The position numbers and the translations under genes are program-made. This document shows, piece by piece, positions 1-13,462 of a stretch of 64,000 nt of DNA. The notes under the pieces are model-generated. The model was not told the origin of the DNA. It did no database searches and worked only from the letters and a program-made list of their open reading frames with translations. Within the stretch, counting starts at the first letter, position 1. Each line of letters opens with the position of its first letter. Source of the DNA: Eledone cirrhosa (taxonomy: Eukaryota); NCBI GenBank assembly GCA_964016885.1, contig OZ024752.1, forward strand, positions 19,406,001-19,470,000, read 5' to 3'.

Positions 1-228
1 GTGATGGTGGTGGTGGTGGTGGCGGTGGCGGTGGTAGTGTTGGTAGTGGTGGTAGTGGTGGAGGTGGTGATGGTGATGGTGGTGGTGATGGTGGTGATGG
101 TGGTGGTGGTGATGGCGGCGGCGGTGGTGGTGGTGGTGGTGATGGTGGTGGTGGTGGTTGTGGTGGTGAAGGTGATGGTGGTGGTGGTGGTGGTGATGGC
201 GGCGGTGATGGCGGCTATGTGGTGGTGA
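1..228. repeat. (GGT/GAT)n trinucleotide low-complexity repeat
   Basis: Direct reading; the poly-Val ORF is an artefact. Confidence 0.95.
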
Positions 229-415
229 TGAGAAAGATCATCGTAACACTGTTTCAGTTAACAAGCCAGATACGACGATACATGGTAGTTAGATAACAGG
301 GTAGTTTGACATGGGGGAGTTAACACACACACACAACTACACAGACGCACACACACAGACACACGCACACAACTACACAGACACACACACACAGGCACAA
401 ACAGATCCATATATA

Positions 416-600
416 ATAATTGTTTCTACTTTAGGCACAAGGCCAGTAATTACCCAGTGCATTACTGGTACTTTATTTTATCGACCCCGTAAGGATGAAA
501 GGCAAAGTTAACCTTGGCAGGATTTGAACTCAGATCATAAAGGGGCGTAACTCTATGCTGCAAAGCATAGCGTCCGACCCTCTACCAATACTGCCAATCC
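416..600 (-). mobile_element. tRNA-derived SINE (family 1, the commonest SINE in the window)
   Basis: Reverse complement of the 11656-11841 copy: A-box-like TGGCAGTATTGG, B box GAGTTCAAATCC, core GCCTTTCATCCTTACGGGGTCGATAAAATAAAGTACCAG, tail GTAGAAACAATTAT. Confidence 0.9.
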
Positions 601-629
601 AACAATGTATCTATGCATGTGTGTTAATG

Positions 630-662
<33 letters not shown>

Positions 663-729
663 TTATGTATATGTGTATATATATGTATGTATGTATGCAT
701 GTGTGCATGTGTGTATGTATGTGTGTGTG

Positions 730-785
<56 letters not shown>

Positions 786-857
786 AGAAAAAGAAGACAA
801 CGGGTAAGGCGATTGGGTGAAGAGAAAGCCAGAAAAAGGTTGGGTGTTTGTAAGATG

Positions 858-868
858 GCTGACTAACA

Positions 869-899
<31 letters not shown>

Positions 900-1008
900 A
901 GACAGACAGACAGACTGACTGACTGACTGACTGACAGACAGACAGACAGACTGACTGACTGACTGACAGACAGACAGACTGACTGACAGACAGACTGGCA
1001 GACAGACA
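858..1008. repeat. (GACT/GACA)n tetranucleotide microsatellite
   Basis: Direct reading. Confidence 0.95.
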
Positions 1009-1228
1009 GGAAATGTAAACAGAAATGTAAGAATATTAAAATAAAATAAATGAAGAAAAGAAATAAAATCGAGAGAAAAGCTGAGACAAATAAGGAAAGA
1101 TGAGAATGAAGAAGAGCAGCAGATAAAAGAGGTGATACTAAACTATAAGTGTCTGCTGTTGAAATATTTCGTAGCTTGTTGCTATTTCTAGTTTTTCATT
1201 TTAACCAATCTTTTTATTTATCTTTCGT

Positions 1229-1295
<67 letters not shown>

Positions 1296-1299
1296 TATA

Positions 1300-4200
1300 T
1301 AAAAGTAAAAGGGATATTTAATTTGTTGGTAATTCAATAAATATATATGTTTATAACTGATTCGAAGCACTCGACAAGTTTTCTGGAGTATAATATCAAT
1401 GATATTAAATAAATGGAAACTATATTTATAAAACCATATTTATTCTCTTATATATATTTCAAGGGTACCAAAACTTTGGTACGCTCTCATCAGATAAAGT
1501 ACAAAGTTTGTTTTATAAATATTGGCATATCCAGGAAGGAGATCTTAACGGTTCAAGTTTTTCCTGGATAGTAAAAGGAAAGAGGGAAAAGACAGGAAAA
1601 GTCAAATATTTCAAATTATTAAGATGAATATGCAAATGAGGTTGAGGTATAGGGCTGAAAAAAAAAACGTTATTTTTAGACGCTAGGTAGATTTTAAAAA
1701 AAATTAGGATATATATATATGTATGTGTAGGAAGAAGAAAGGGAAAGAAAGAAAAGCTATTTACGTGAATTTAAAAAGAATTAGCAGTTTGTAGGAATGG
1801 TGGAATATGATTCCAGAATTAAAAAAATTATTTAGCTACATTATGAGTTATAATATTATATATATAATCAATTAGATTATATGAAGAATTATGGTTGTAA
1901 GTATATTTTATCTTATTACATTGCAACAGGTTGTAAGTATATAAATATCTATATAGATTAATAATTGTGCAAGTATAAGTATTATTGGTGATTTTATAGA
2001 AATAAAACACACGTATTAATTGTTTACATTTCTAATATGAGTTACGAAGGATGTTGATTTTGAATTTTACATAAATATTTAAGAAAAAGACGTACTTCAA
2101 GTTGTAAGAGGAGAACAATTTGTAGATTCAAATATTTTGGTCCAACATTGAAAATGTTTTCAGAACATTGTTAATTTAGCGAAATTATATAATTTATCAT
2201 ACAAGTTATCATGTCTATGTTTGCTCAATTGTAAAGGAAAAGATAACTCCAATATTATTTGCTAACCATTAAATTTGATGAATGATTTACTTAGAAAGTA
2301 TGTAGAGAAAATTATATATTATTTTGTGTGAGATTATAAGGTATTTTATATTATATGTTTTTCAAGGATGAGAATTTCTATTACATATCATTTACGTCGA
2401 AAGATGTGTGAAAAGTTTGAACATTAAAAAGAGGGAAAAAATGTATTATTAGATAAGTCAAGAGTGCATTTCGAAGAACTATCGTAAAGAGGATATCTTT
2501 CAGATTGTCAATTAAAGATTATCAATCTACATCTAAAAATAGATTAAGAAGAGTATCATTAGGAAAAGAATATCAAATGGTAAAAATACTAAATTTAAGA
2601 AGGAAGATCATTTAAACAATTTAAATTTTTTAAAGAAAAACCCAGTAAATAATAGCATCATTTTAAAGGTGTATAAGATATAGTCAAGTGTAATGAATAT
2701 CATAGATTAAAAATACTTTGGAAAGTGGATTTTTGGCGATGTCTGCAAGCAGAAAATAATTCTGTTTTTAAATTAATAGTGTTTTGACAGTTAATTATAT
2801 AAAACATTTCCTCGATACACAAATGACAGATTCTTGAGAAAGCCATATTTCGGTATGCAGGTGCTTTCGAAATAGTTCCCCAAGATATTGAATGGTCTAT
2901 ATTGTTGTCCTTTAAATTCCAAATTAGATGTGAAAGTGAAGTGGAAGATTTTTTATCGGACCTATTAAATGTATGTTTGTGGTTGTACCAGCGTTCTTTG
3001 AATTTTGTAGAAGTGGCACCTATATAGTTAAATATTGTGTCTCTAGTTTTAACTGTGCATTTATAAATTACGTTTTTGTCTAAGCAATTATTTTGTAACG
3101 GGCAGTTTGATTTAATTCTACAGTTACATTTTCTGGAGTTGTTGTTACTAGGAACGGTACTATTATTATGAATATTGTTATTATAAATATTATTATTGTT
3201 ATCTTGGTTTGTTTGGTTAGGGTTTAAATTTAAGTTTCTATTATTAATTCTATTTATATTTTGTGCTATGTTCATAGTAGTAGAGTAGGATAGTTTTATA
3301 GTGTGTCTGTTAAAAATAGAGTGGTATCTGTGGGTTTTAGGAAAACACTTATCTAGTGCTTTCAAAAATAGCTTTGCTAAAGGTGTTTTAACGCCTAATG
3401 AGAATGGGGGAGAGTACCAAATAATATTTCTAGTTCTAGTTTTTTTGTTTGGTTTACTATTTAAGTTGAATTGCTTATTGTTATAATGAATTCTAGGATG
3501 ATTTATCATGTTATTGTTATCTAAGTATTTAATTTTATTCGAGTATCCTGCTCTATGTAAAGCCTCATTGTAATATTCTGCCTTATCAACAAAAATATTT
3601 TTATTAGTTGAGATGCGTGAAATTCGTTGCTAGACACTATTGACAATAATGTTTTTTAATATTTCTAGGATGATTAGAATTGAAACTTACGTAATTTAGA
3701 TTTTCATTAATTTTATGGAAAGGATAATAAAGACATGAGCTAAGATTTAAGGTTACATCTAAGAAGTTAACAATTTTGTAATTATTCTCGAAGGTTGTAG
3801 TTGTTGAAAAACTGTATTATGGATTTCTTTTTCCTATTAATTTCACTATTGCTATCGTTTTCAATTAAAAGTAACATATCGTCGCGATATAAACCTCCGG
3901 TCATCTCTGACATTTTTCTATGCAGCACATTATTAATAAATAATCCAACGAGGTCTGTTACTTGCGCCGAGTCAGATGATCCCATAGTGATATCAAAATT
4001 GTTTTGTCTGTCGGCTCTTGTCCAGAGATGGTTATTAAATTCGATTATGATTTTACGTGCTGTTAGAATGATATTAATTTCATCACTAGATAGGTCTGTA
4101 TATTTAGAAGCGTAAGTACGTGCCTTATTAAGTAAGCTAGGGGTAATTGAGGAGTAGTAATTTGCAATATCCATTTGAATGAATTTTTTCTTATGTTTTA

Positions 4201-4390
4201 ATTTTATGTTTTTAAACCAATCTATTACTTCATTAGTACCGTTCCATAGTTTAAGGTGTGATTTTTCTTTAAGTACTGGTATAATTCTATCTAGTATATG
4301 CTTACTAATTATCCCTAAGTCAAATTTAGATGGTGCGATGAGTCTGACTGGTAATTCAACTTCAAAATTTCTTTTGTGGTCCTTCAAGTT
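1300..4390 (-). mobile_element. 5'-truncated, frameshifted Penelope-like retroelement PLE-1 (RT + C-terminal GIY-YIG endonuclease + 3' pseudo-LTR), Naiad-like
   Basis: RT motifs [24 protein letters not shown] and GGLYRDD in ORF 3782-4534; WYSPPFS, CNCRIKSNCPLQNNC, VIYKC...NYIGAT...FKERW and CHLC in ORF 2700-3509; AT-rich 3' region carrying a hammerhead; both ends abut (TA)n/(CA)n. Confidence 0.92.
1441..1501 (-). ncRNA. Type I hammerhead ribozyme motif in PLE-1 3' pseudo-LTR
   Basis: Minus strand: actttat-CTGATGA-gag c gtaccaaa gt tttggtac c ctt-GAAA-tatatat-A-agagaata; palindromic stem III ATATATAT; stem I partly decayed; homologues at 30561-30622 and 32744-32804. Confidence 0.75.
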
Positions 4391-4400
4391 ATGTGTGTGA

Positions 4401-4485
<85 letters not shown>

Positions 4486-4640
4486 TCAGGGAAATACATG
4501 TAAACGAAGCCTTACTGTTCACACACACACACATATATGTGTATGTATGTATGTATATGTATGTATGTATGTGTATGTATGTATGGATATATGTACATGT
4601 ATGTATGTATATATGTATGTGTATGTTTGTAATATATGTA

Positions 4641-4692
<52 letters not shown>

Positions 4693-4858
4693 AGCAGATA
4701 TGTCTTAATTGAAAATTCCCTGACTAAAAGTCCAATGATAGATAACTTTCCCAGTGGTGTGTTGGATTAATGGTGGACTAGGCTTTACATAAAGCAGGAT
4801 GTGTGTGTGTTTGTGTGTGTGTGTGTGTATGTATATATATATATATAAATAAATTTAT

Positions 4859-4938
<80 letters not shown>

Positions 4939-5621
4939 GCTTTCACCGTATTTTTCAACTAAAATACGGTGAAAGCTATTCTATTTTCTAATTTCAAACC
5001 TGTTCACTGTTTCAAAACATACTTACATATATATATATATATATAAATGGAAAAAATGAAATTTCATTTTTCACTCTTAGTATGGCTGATACTTAAATGT
5101 AAGTATGTATACGTACATACATATATGTATACAGACGTACAGTAGTATGTATATACATACATACATGCACACATTTATATATGTACGTATGGGTTTACCG
5201 AACATTTATTATAATGCTCGGTTTGTTTGTAAACAAACAGCCCGAATTATTAGTCGTACAGTGTTCAGCAACCATCGTTGCCATTTTGTTCAACACTGAC
5301 AAAAGAACGATGAACTAATTTCTAGCTTATTAGCTGTCATCAGCACCGTATACCTTCCTGTCAGTTGATTGAACGTTTGAAAGTATATACTTTCCTTATG
5401 GATATTAACGGCTGAGCAGCCTAATTTGCATATCGAGTGAGTTAGTCGGCCGGGCGTACCGATATATATATAGTGTATTTCTATTGTTTTTAGATTAGAG
5501 AGCTGTGTAAATAAATAGTTAGAATGAGGAAGTGAAGGCTTAATGAAAAAAGGGTGTTTCGAACACTGAACCTCTTTGTTCACAGTTTGGTATAGTTGCA
5601 GTTGTTTTATGAAGTGTTAAC

Positions 5622-5865
5622 TTAAACATTTAGGATTGAAACCGACCAGAATTCTCTCACCTCTCATACTGATGTTAAGGTATTGTTCTCAAAATAAATA
5701 TCAAAATCTCATAGATTCGATATTATGTGAGGTAAAGACTTTACCACGAAAATATAATAGTATATATAGAGTAATGTAAATGTTATGTGAGATATTATGT
5801 GAGGTAAAGCCTTTACCACGAAAATATAATAGTACATATAGAGTAATGTAAATTGTAAAGTGTTA
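5622..5865. mobile_element. Degenerate TTAA-flanked (piggyBac-like) MITE; related fragment at about 57275-57392
   Basis: Shared block GCCTTTACCACGAAAATA..GTAATGTAAA; ends GTAAAGTG-TTAA here and GTAAAGGG-TTAA in the 57.3 kb copy. Confidence 0.4.
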
Positions 5866-7048
5866 ATTATCTAAACATTCAATTCTTGAAACTATGTATG
5901 CCATAAAATAAATGTTTATTCTCATTATATCTGATTTTTTGAGGATCCTACATATTTGACCATAATTATGAGAAGTTAAACGAGAAGTTTAATATAAATA
6001 AATACCGATGGACCAGGGATGTTGGAGAGACAAGAAAATGAAGTCAAAATGCATTACATTTCTCAACACGGCAATTGAGCAATATCAAGGATTGGGGGTC
6101 AGACAGATTCTAAGTTGATCAACTCACGGCATATTTATTTATATTTGTTGAGAGAGGGAGGAGGAGAGAGAGAACATGGAGCTTTACATAAAGCAGGATG
6201 TGTGTGTGTGTGTATGTATATATATATATATATATAAATGTTCTCTCTCCTGCTCCCTCATGAAAGGAAAAGGGGGGAAAAAGCAAGGACTCGTCGGCCA
6301 CAGAAGAAAGGGAGAGAGACGGGGAGAGGGTCATGGGCTCTGAGTTTAGGGCGGGCTCATGTTTGGGCTGCTCCCCGCGGACTAAACTGCTATGGCAGAA
6401 TATTGTTTTACCGTTTAGTCATGGATGGAAGAGCACCTAGATATGTTACACCCTTGGTTAGCTCTACAGTGAAATGGCCCCTTCAAATTACATTTTGTAA
6501 TGTGACAAACATAATCTTTAACACTTTTTGATCTGATCCCACTAACAATTACCAAGCATTTCTACCCCCCCCCCCATGTCCATATCAAGTCATGTCACAA
6601 AAGGTCATAATACGATACGACCCTCTCCACCACTTCGGATATTTCAAAAAAGTTGCTCGTAGCAAAAATGTTAACAAATAATTTATAGATCGCCGGGAAA
6701 TTATAAATTTCATTTAATTACACAAATTTGTATAACACTGGAATCCTTTAAGGTTAAGTATTATCTCTCTAAGGTCGGCACCATTGGCGGCTGTCTAGCT
6801 GGCCTTAAGGGTAGAGCCGGTCTTTGTAGAAGGTCCCTACTTACTATATCACGTCACCAAATCCCTGTTCCGGTCTAATATCAACAAGACAAAATTAAAA
6901 CAAATAGGTTTTGGAAAATACGCAAGTGTCAGGATTTACAAGTTTCTCGCTTTTAGGGGTTCGTTTGTGCAACAAAAGGAATGGATCTCTTTGTACATAC
7001 ATACATACATACATACATACATACATACATACATACATACATACATAC

Positions 7049-7794
7049 AAAGATGTCATCGCGGTACTATCTACCTATGCGGCATGATGTAGTGGCCAAA
7101 ACACTACAATGCAGTCCGTAAAAAAAAAGATAGCCCCGATAATAAACACATTAAAAGCTACAGCAATGTGGAAGACATCCACGTACATAATATGAAAGAG
7201 TACTGGTGGAATGTTCCAGTAAAAACCCCAATAAAATGCAGGCATAACAGACCAGATATTATGATATGGGACAGGGAGAAGAAAGCATGCACAGTAGTGG
7301 AAATTAGCTGCCCAGCAGATGCCAATATAATATCAAAGATTAACGAAAAGGAGAATATTTATGCAGAACTGATGAGAAATCTGCAGATACTCCACCCTGA
7401 TTACACCTTCAGATTTATGCCTGTGATTATTGGGGCACTGGGATATGTTAGTAACTGCCTCAATACAAATCTTGAGAAGCTGGGCTTCACAGGAACAGAA
7501 AGAACACAACTAATTAGGAAATTACAAGTAGAATCCATTAATGGAACAATAAAAATATGTAAAACATTCCAAAAATTTTGCATCTAATAACTGCATATAC
7601 ACATGTACAGATACAAAGCATATACACATGCACACATACAACTCAAAACATACACATCAACACATACAATAACATCCGTATCTACCTATCTACCTAGTTG
7701 ATGTGTAAATTCCAATGAGAGGGTCTTGTGTCTATGTTAGAAACCAACTCTCTCTCTATTGGTAAAACTTTGTGAAATTATAAAACCAGAAGAA
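7049..7794 (+). mobile_element. 3' fragment of an RLE non-LTR retrotransposon (R4/Dong-like) inserted in an (ATAC)n microsatellite
   Basis: RHDVV at about 7080, then ORF 7168-7587 with NRPDIMIWD...VVEISCP...EK..Y...PVIIGALG (PD-(D/E)xK restriction-like endonuclease); (ATAC)n on both flanks. Confidence 0.85.
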
Positions 7795-8008
7795 CATACA
7801 TACATACATACATACATACATACATACATACATACATACATACATACATACATACATAAAGTGATGTTATTAAATTAAATGCGATCTAGACCAATACTGG
7901 AGTTTTACTGTTTAGTCTGGGATGAAATGGCACCTAGATATTTAGTGCCCTATGTTAATTCTACAAGGTGGTGTCCCTTTTCCCAGTTATACAAACTTCA
8001 AATTACAG

Positions 8009-8082
<74 letters not shown>

Positions 8083-8332
8083 TATTCAAGTAAAGAAACG
8101 TTGATTGATCATTTAATCGACCGATTGTAGTGTAAACAGACGTAAAGCACTCCACGACATGGGCACCTTAACGTATTACCTATAAGGTATCAGACGGCGT
8201 GTCAGTATTATAAAGAAGAGAGACGGTTTTAAGTATACATCCTCTGTATATGATTAACAGAGGATGTATACTTAAAACCATCTCTCTTCTTTATAATATA
8301 CATATATATATATTATATTAAATATTATATTA

Positions 8333-8554
8333 CGAGGGGTGCTGAAAAGTTCTTGGTTTGAAGGGTATTATCATGAAGGCTTGTTGAAGGCCTGGCCCTC
8401 CGAGTACTTTTTACTGGTCTAAAAAAAAAGGGCTGAAGGGCTGCTGCAATAAGTGTGTGAATCTGAGAGGGGAATATGTTGAATAAAATCATAATTAATT
8501 AATCCACCCGTGTTTTCTTTTACCCAAAGCCAGAAACTTTACAGCGTCACCTCG
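8333..8554 (+). mobile_element. Internally deleted mariner element / MITE
   Basis: TA-CGAGGGGTGCTGAAAAGTT ... AACTTTACAGCGTCACCTCG-TA terminal inverted repeats with TA target; residual transposase C-terminus KCVNLRGEYVE*. Confidence 0.8.
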
Positions 8555-8737
8555 TATACCCTTTTATTATATTTATATTATTTTTAATAAAAATATATAA
8601 AACATTTTTATGCGTCTATATTTTTGTTCTCTTTAATTTAAGTATTCTGCTATATTAAAGAAATTTAATGTGGTTTTCATATAAACTACAGCTTAACACA
8701 TTGATTTACTGACGGAAGGAGTAATACATACATGCAA

Positions 8738-8841
<104 letters not shown>

Positions 8842-9045
8842 TATATATATATATAAATATATATATAAGAAAATGAGTTTTTTTTAATGAAAAAAAAAAC
8901 GAGATGTCTTACACGAATGAAAGTATAAGGAAAAGAAATCGAAAATGCAACTTTTACAATTTGAAAAGCATAAGAACTGTGAAACCGGTAAAGGGAACAA
9001 ATAAGTATTCTTAAAAAGACTCCAGTTGCATTTTCGATTTCTTTT

Positions 9046-9118
<73 letters not shown>

Positions 9119-9144
9119 GTGTGTGTGTGTATATATGTATTATG

Positions 9145-9710
9145 TACCTTCGTGTATGTTTGTTCTATGAATTCCCAATGAAAATTTATTAAAATGTTTT
9201 TGACAGATCGTGTGACAGGCAGACAAAAATGATGTACAGCTACTATAATGTAGATTCCAAAATCGCCTTCTTGGTTTTCGGAAAAGTATAAAGAAAACAC
9301 CATCTCGTTTGTTTTCTTCTTGTTGGTCTCGGATGTTTCGCTTAGTCAATAAAAATATTGACCAATATTCCGAAGAAATAAAGAAGCAAAGCAAGAACAA
9401 ACACGATTTTTTGAAAAAAGTATGAAGAAAGAATAAAACAAAACTGTGAAAGTTGCAGAAATATACTCACAAAGTCCTGTTTGCGATTATAGCAAACGTG
9501 TGCACACACCTATGGTAAAGAAGTGGCTGTTTGTGGTTGGGGGTGATTCCTATATAATAACTGGCCGGCTTCCTTCTGTTGCCATGACAACCTTTCTGGG
9601 ATACCTTTTAAAGGCAATCCTAGAATTGCCGAAATTTTGGACATCCGACTCACTACTGATGACGTTTGAAATCCGAGCTAGAAGGTTTTTTCTTTTTTCA
9701 AACCGACATA
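9145..9710 (-). promoter_or_regulatory. Candidate host promoter and first exon with RFX X-box
   Basis: Unique non-repetitive island; X-box GTTGCCATGACAAC at 9578-9591; TATA-like element at about 9550-9558; minus-strand donor-like GAAG|GTACA near 9148. Confidence 0.4.
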
Positions 9711-9714
9711 CGTA

Positions 9715-10117
9715 AACACACATATACACACCTACATACACACACATATACACGCACTTACATATACACACTTACATATACACACATATACACACATACA
9801 CACACTTACATACACACACTTACATATACACATTTACATACACACTTACATACACACACTTACATACACACACTTACATATACACATTTACATACACACA
9901 CTTACATACATACACTTACATACACACACTTACATATACACATTTACATACACACACTTACATACACACACTTACATATACACATTTACATACACACACT
10001 TACATACACACTTACATACACACACTTACATATACACATTTACATACATACACTTACATACACACACTTACATACACACACTTACATACACACATTTACA
10101 TATACACATTTACATAT
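9715..10117. repeat. (CACACTTACATA)-type CA-rich minisatellite
   Basis: Direct reading. Confidence 0.9.
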
Positions 10118-10593
10118 AAATTCTCGCCCCCCCCCCCTCTCACATACATACACACAAAGTTCCCCGTAGACACAAGAGGCCGCCTCTTTCACCCAGCCAT
10201 TTAAACTATCTCGATATGGTAGCATTTATTCCCTCTTTTCAACGTTTTGCTCCTCCTCCTCCTACGCCTCCGCCTCCCCCGCCTCCTCCTCCTTTTCCCG
10301 CCTTTTCTTACCATTCTCCTATATACATTTGTTTTTCTTTGAAATATTTTGGATCTACTTTCACTTTCAACACGTTTATACTCTCCTCCCCTTCACTCAT
10401 CAACTAACACATATGCTTATTCTCTCTCTCTCTTGTTTATTATTTTTACATAACTTTTTCAGTCGATAACCCCCCCCCCCCCCCCTCCCCGCCCCCTGCT
10501 TACCACAGACTTTTTTTTTCATTTTTTCCTCTCTTCCTTGCTGCTTTTCTTTGTTAACTTGCATATCCGCCACCCTCTCTCTCATACACACTA

Positions 10594-10675
<82 letters not shown>

Positions 10676-10710
10676 ATATCTCTCTCTCTCTCTTTCATAT
10701 CTCTCGTATA

Positions 10711-10741
<31 letters not shown>

Positions 10742-11165
10742 TCTCTCTCTCTCTCTATATATATATATAGAACCTCACTTCCCTTTTCTAATATATATAT
10801 ATATGCACACACACACACAATTCAGGTGATGAACCAAAGAATATACATATATAAACTCGCGCACACATACGCATACACACATACACTTGCACACATTCCC
10901 ATATAGACACACACACTCTCTCTCTCCCCCTCTCTCTCATTCGTTCCTTTTCTTTGTTTTAATTCTTAATACAAACGATATAAATTCCTGAATAAGAGTG
11001 AATTCTATCACATGACTCAGCAATGTCTTCCTTCTCTTCTAGAAATTTCTGGTAATAAATATTTTGGTGAATAGTTTGTTCCGAATTCTCATTTAATTGC
11101 TTATTTCTGCGTTTATCTTGAACAAGCAGAATATTACATAATACCAATAACGATAATAATAATAA

Positions 11166-11575
11166 TAATTGTTTCTGATTTAGGCACAAGGCCAGCAATT
11201 TGAAGGGGAAGGGAAAGTCGTTTAAATCGGCCCCAGTGTATTACTGGTACTTTATTTTATCGACCCCGTTAGGATGAAAGACAAAGCTAAACTCAGCGGG
11301 ATTTGAACTCAGAGCGTAAAGAGCCACAGTCAAAAACTGCAAAGCATTTTGTCCAACGCTCTACCGATTCTGCCAATCCACTACCCCTCGTGGTTTCTGA
11401 TATAGGTACAAGGCCAGCAATTTTGGGGAAAGGGTAAGTCGATTGAATGTACTTGCTGGTACTTTATTTTATCGACCCCATAAGGATGAGAGGCAAAGCT
11501 AACCTCAGCGGGATTTGAACTCAGAACTTAAAGGGCTGTAACTCTATGCTGCAAGGCATGTTGTCTGACGTCCTA
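11166..11575 (-). mobile_element. Two tandem, diverged family-1 SINE copies
   Basis: Both carry GGTACTTTATTTTATCGACCCC..AGGATGA.AG.CAAAG..AAC..AGCGGGATTTGAACTCAG. Confidence 0.85.
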
Positions 11576-11655
11576 GCCGGCTCCGTGGAAATTCTAGGGT
11601 TTTAGAAAACTAAGACAATAATTACTCTGACATTAATTATCATTATCATAATTTA

Positions 11656-11841
11656 AGGGCGGTGGATTGGCAGTATCGGTAGAGGGTCGGACGCCATGCT
11701 TTCCAGCATAGTTACGTCCCTTTACGATCTGAGTTCAAATCCCGCCGAGGTTGACTTTGCCTTTCATCCTTACGGGGTCGATAAAATAAAGTACCAGTAA
11801 TGCACTGAATAATTGCTGGCCTTGTGCCTAAAGTAGATACA
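11656..11841 (+). mobile_element. Full-length family-1 SINE with 14-bp TSD
   Basis: A and B boxes, conserved core; TSD ATTATCATAATTTA at 11642-11655 and 11842-11855. Confidence 0.92.
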
Positions 11842-12120
11842 ATTATCATAATTTATACAACCAGTTTTGGTGAGTGTTTCCTCTCCTTTCCTTAGTATTA
11901 ACTACGTTATGTTCAGTATTGAAATAACGTTTCTTTAAATTGTTTTCCTTTACTTTCAAAGAAACAGTGGGTTGTAGTAGGTCCTGAAATATAGGGTTAT
12001 GACAGGACCTACTACAATGGGTTGTGGTAGGTCCTGAAACAATGTTTCTTTAAACCCTGAACAACAGTACCGCCCGGAATTGAAATAACTTTTCTATAAA
12101 TTACTGTATGGGGGGGGGGG

Positions 12121-12510
12121 GCATGGAGTGTAAAGACCATGAGGAACAATTAGATGTTTTTAACACCAAATGTCTACGGAAAATACTTGGCATCAGGTGG
12201 GATGACTTCCTCACCAACAAAGAAGTCTGTCAACGAACCCAGCAACAATGTGTTGTCTAACATCATGTGGGAATGTCCACTTGGCTAGTTGGGTCACGTC
12301 ACACGATCCCCAAGTGAGAGACAAGTTAACCATGTCCTGTATTGCTACCCTCCATGGAAAGAAGTAAAGAGGACGCCCCAAGATGAAATGGCAGCAGACA
12401 ATCGACAGAGACCTGAAACCTGTCAACATAAGTTGGAACGATGTATTGATAGATGTAACTGACCGTGGTCATTGGAGCACTTTAGCTGTCTCATGTGTCT
12501 CAAGACATGG
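12121..12510 (+). mobile_element. Degenerate 3' end of an RTE-clade LINE (second fragment at 17739-17873)
   Basis: Translates LDVFNTKCLRKILGIRWDDFLTNKEV ... LGHV ... RGRPKMKWQQTIDRDLK. Confidence 0.8.
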
Positions 12511-12890
12511 GATGTATTGATAGATGTGACTGACTGTGGTCATTGGAGCACTTAGGCTACCTCATGTGTCTCAAGACATGGGATGTATTGATAGATGTAA
12601 CTGACTGTGGTGGTCATTGGAGCACTTTGGCTACCTCATATGTCTCAAGACATGGGATGTATTGATAGATGTGACTGACTGTGGTCATTGGAACACTTTG
12701 GTTGTCTCATGTGTCTCAAGACATGGGATGTATTGATAGATGTAACTGACTGTCGTCATTGGAGCACTTTGGCTGCCTCATATGTCTCAAGACATGGGAT
12801 GTATTGATAGATGTAACTGACCGTGGTCATTGGAACACTTTAGCTACCTCATGTGTCTCAAGACATGGGATGTATTGATAGATGGAACTG
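12440..12890 (+). repeat. 71-bp tandem repeat (about 6 copies) derived from the RTE 3' terminus
   Basis: GATGTATTGATAGATG recurs at 12440, 12511, 12582, 12656, 12727, 12798 and 12869. Confidence 0.9.
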
Positions 12891-13147
12891 GCTCTGATGG
12901 AGTCGTAGGAGCTCCATTTTGTCTTGGGAATTTAAAACTGGCGGAGCCCATCGCCTATTCCGGTCTAAACATAGTTGATTCCTTTCAGAGAATGATCGAA
13001 TAATTGAGAAGAAGCGAGAAAAAGTTATAGAGGAGGAATCGACCCCAGTATTGGACTGGTATTTTATCTATTGACCTCGAAAGAATGAAAAGCAAAGCTG
13101 ACATCAGCAACATTTGAACTCAGAGAGTTGGAATGAATACAGTAGAA

Positions 13148-13342
13148 CAGTGGTTCCTAAAGTGGGTTCCGCGATACCCAAGGGTTCCACAAAGGAGTTT
13201 CTGGGATTCCATGAAAAAACGTAGAGGAGTATATTTATGTTACAACTATATAACAGTATTAGACTTTGGGGTTCTGATCCAAAAGTTTTTGAATAAAAAA
13301 TGGTTGCGCGTTTGAAAAGGTTTGGGAAAATGGGAAAACCTG
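13148..13342. mobile_element. hAT (Charlie-like) MITE inserted in an old family-1 SINE
   Basis: Ends CAGTGGTTCCTAA / TGGGAAAACCTG; 8-bp TSD CAGTAGAA at 13140-13147 and 13343-13350; SINE halves at about 13040-13139 and 13351-13392. Confidence 0.8.
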
Positions 13343-13462
13343 CAGTAGAACATTCTATCCCACGTTCTAACGACTCTGCCAGTTCGCGGCTTTCAGTGGA
13401 TCATGCGTAACACTTTAATGATGTCTTTTAATAATCTTATTGACAGAACCTTGAATGTTCTG

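Noticed and set aside
7710-7750. CCAATGA...GAAAC in the RLE element 3' UTR as a hammerhead
   Set aside because: Core deviates at two positions and no convincing stems I-III
10959-11150. Possible minus-strand exon with AP-1 site TGAGTCA
   Set aside because: No clear splice donor or recognisable homology; cannot be supported from sequence alone
11656-11760. tRNA gene
   Set aside because: A/B boxes belong to a multicopy SINE head with TSDs; no complete cloverleaf
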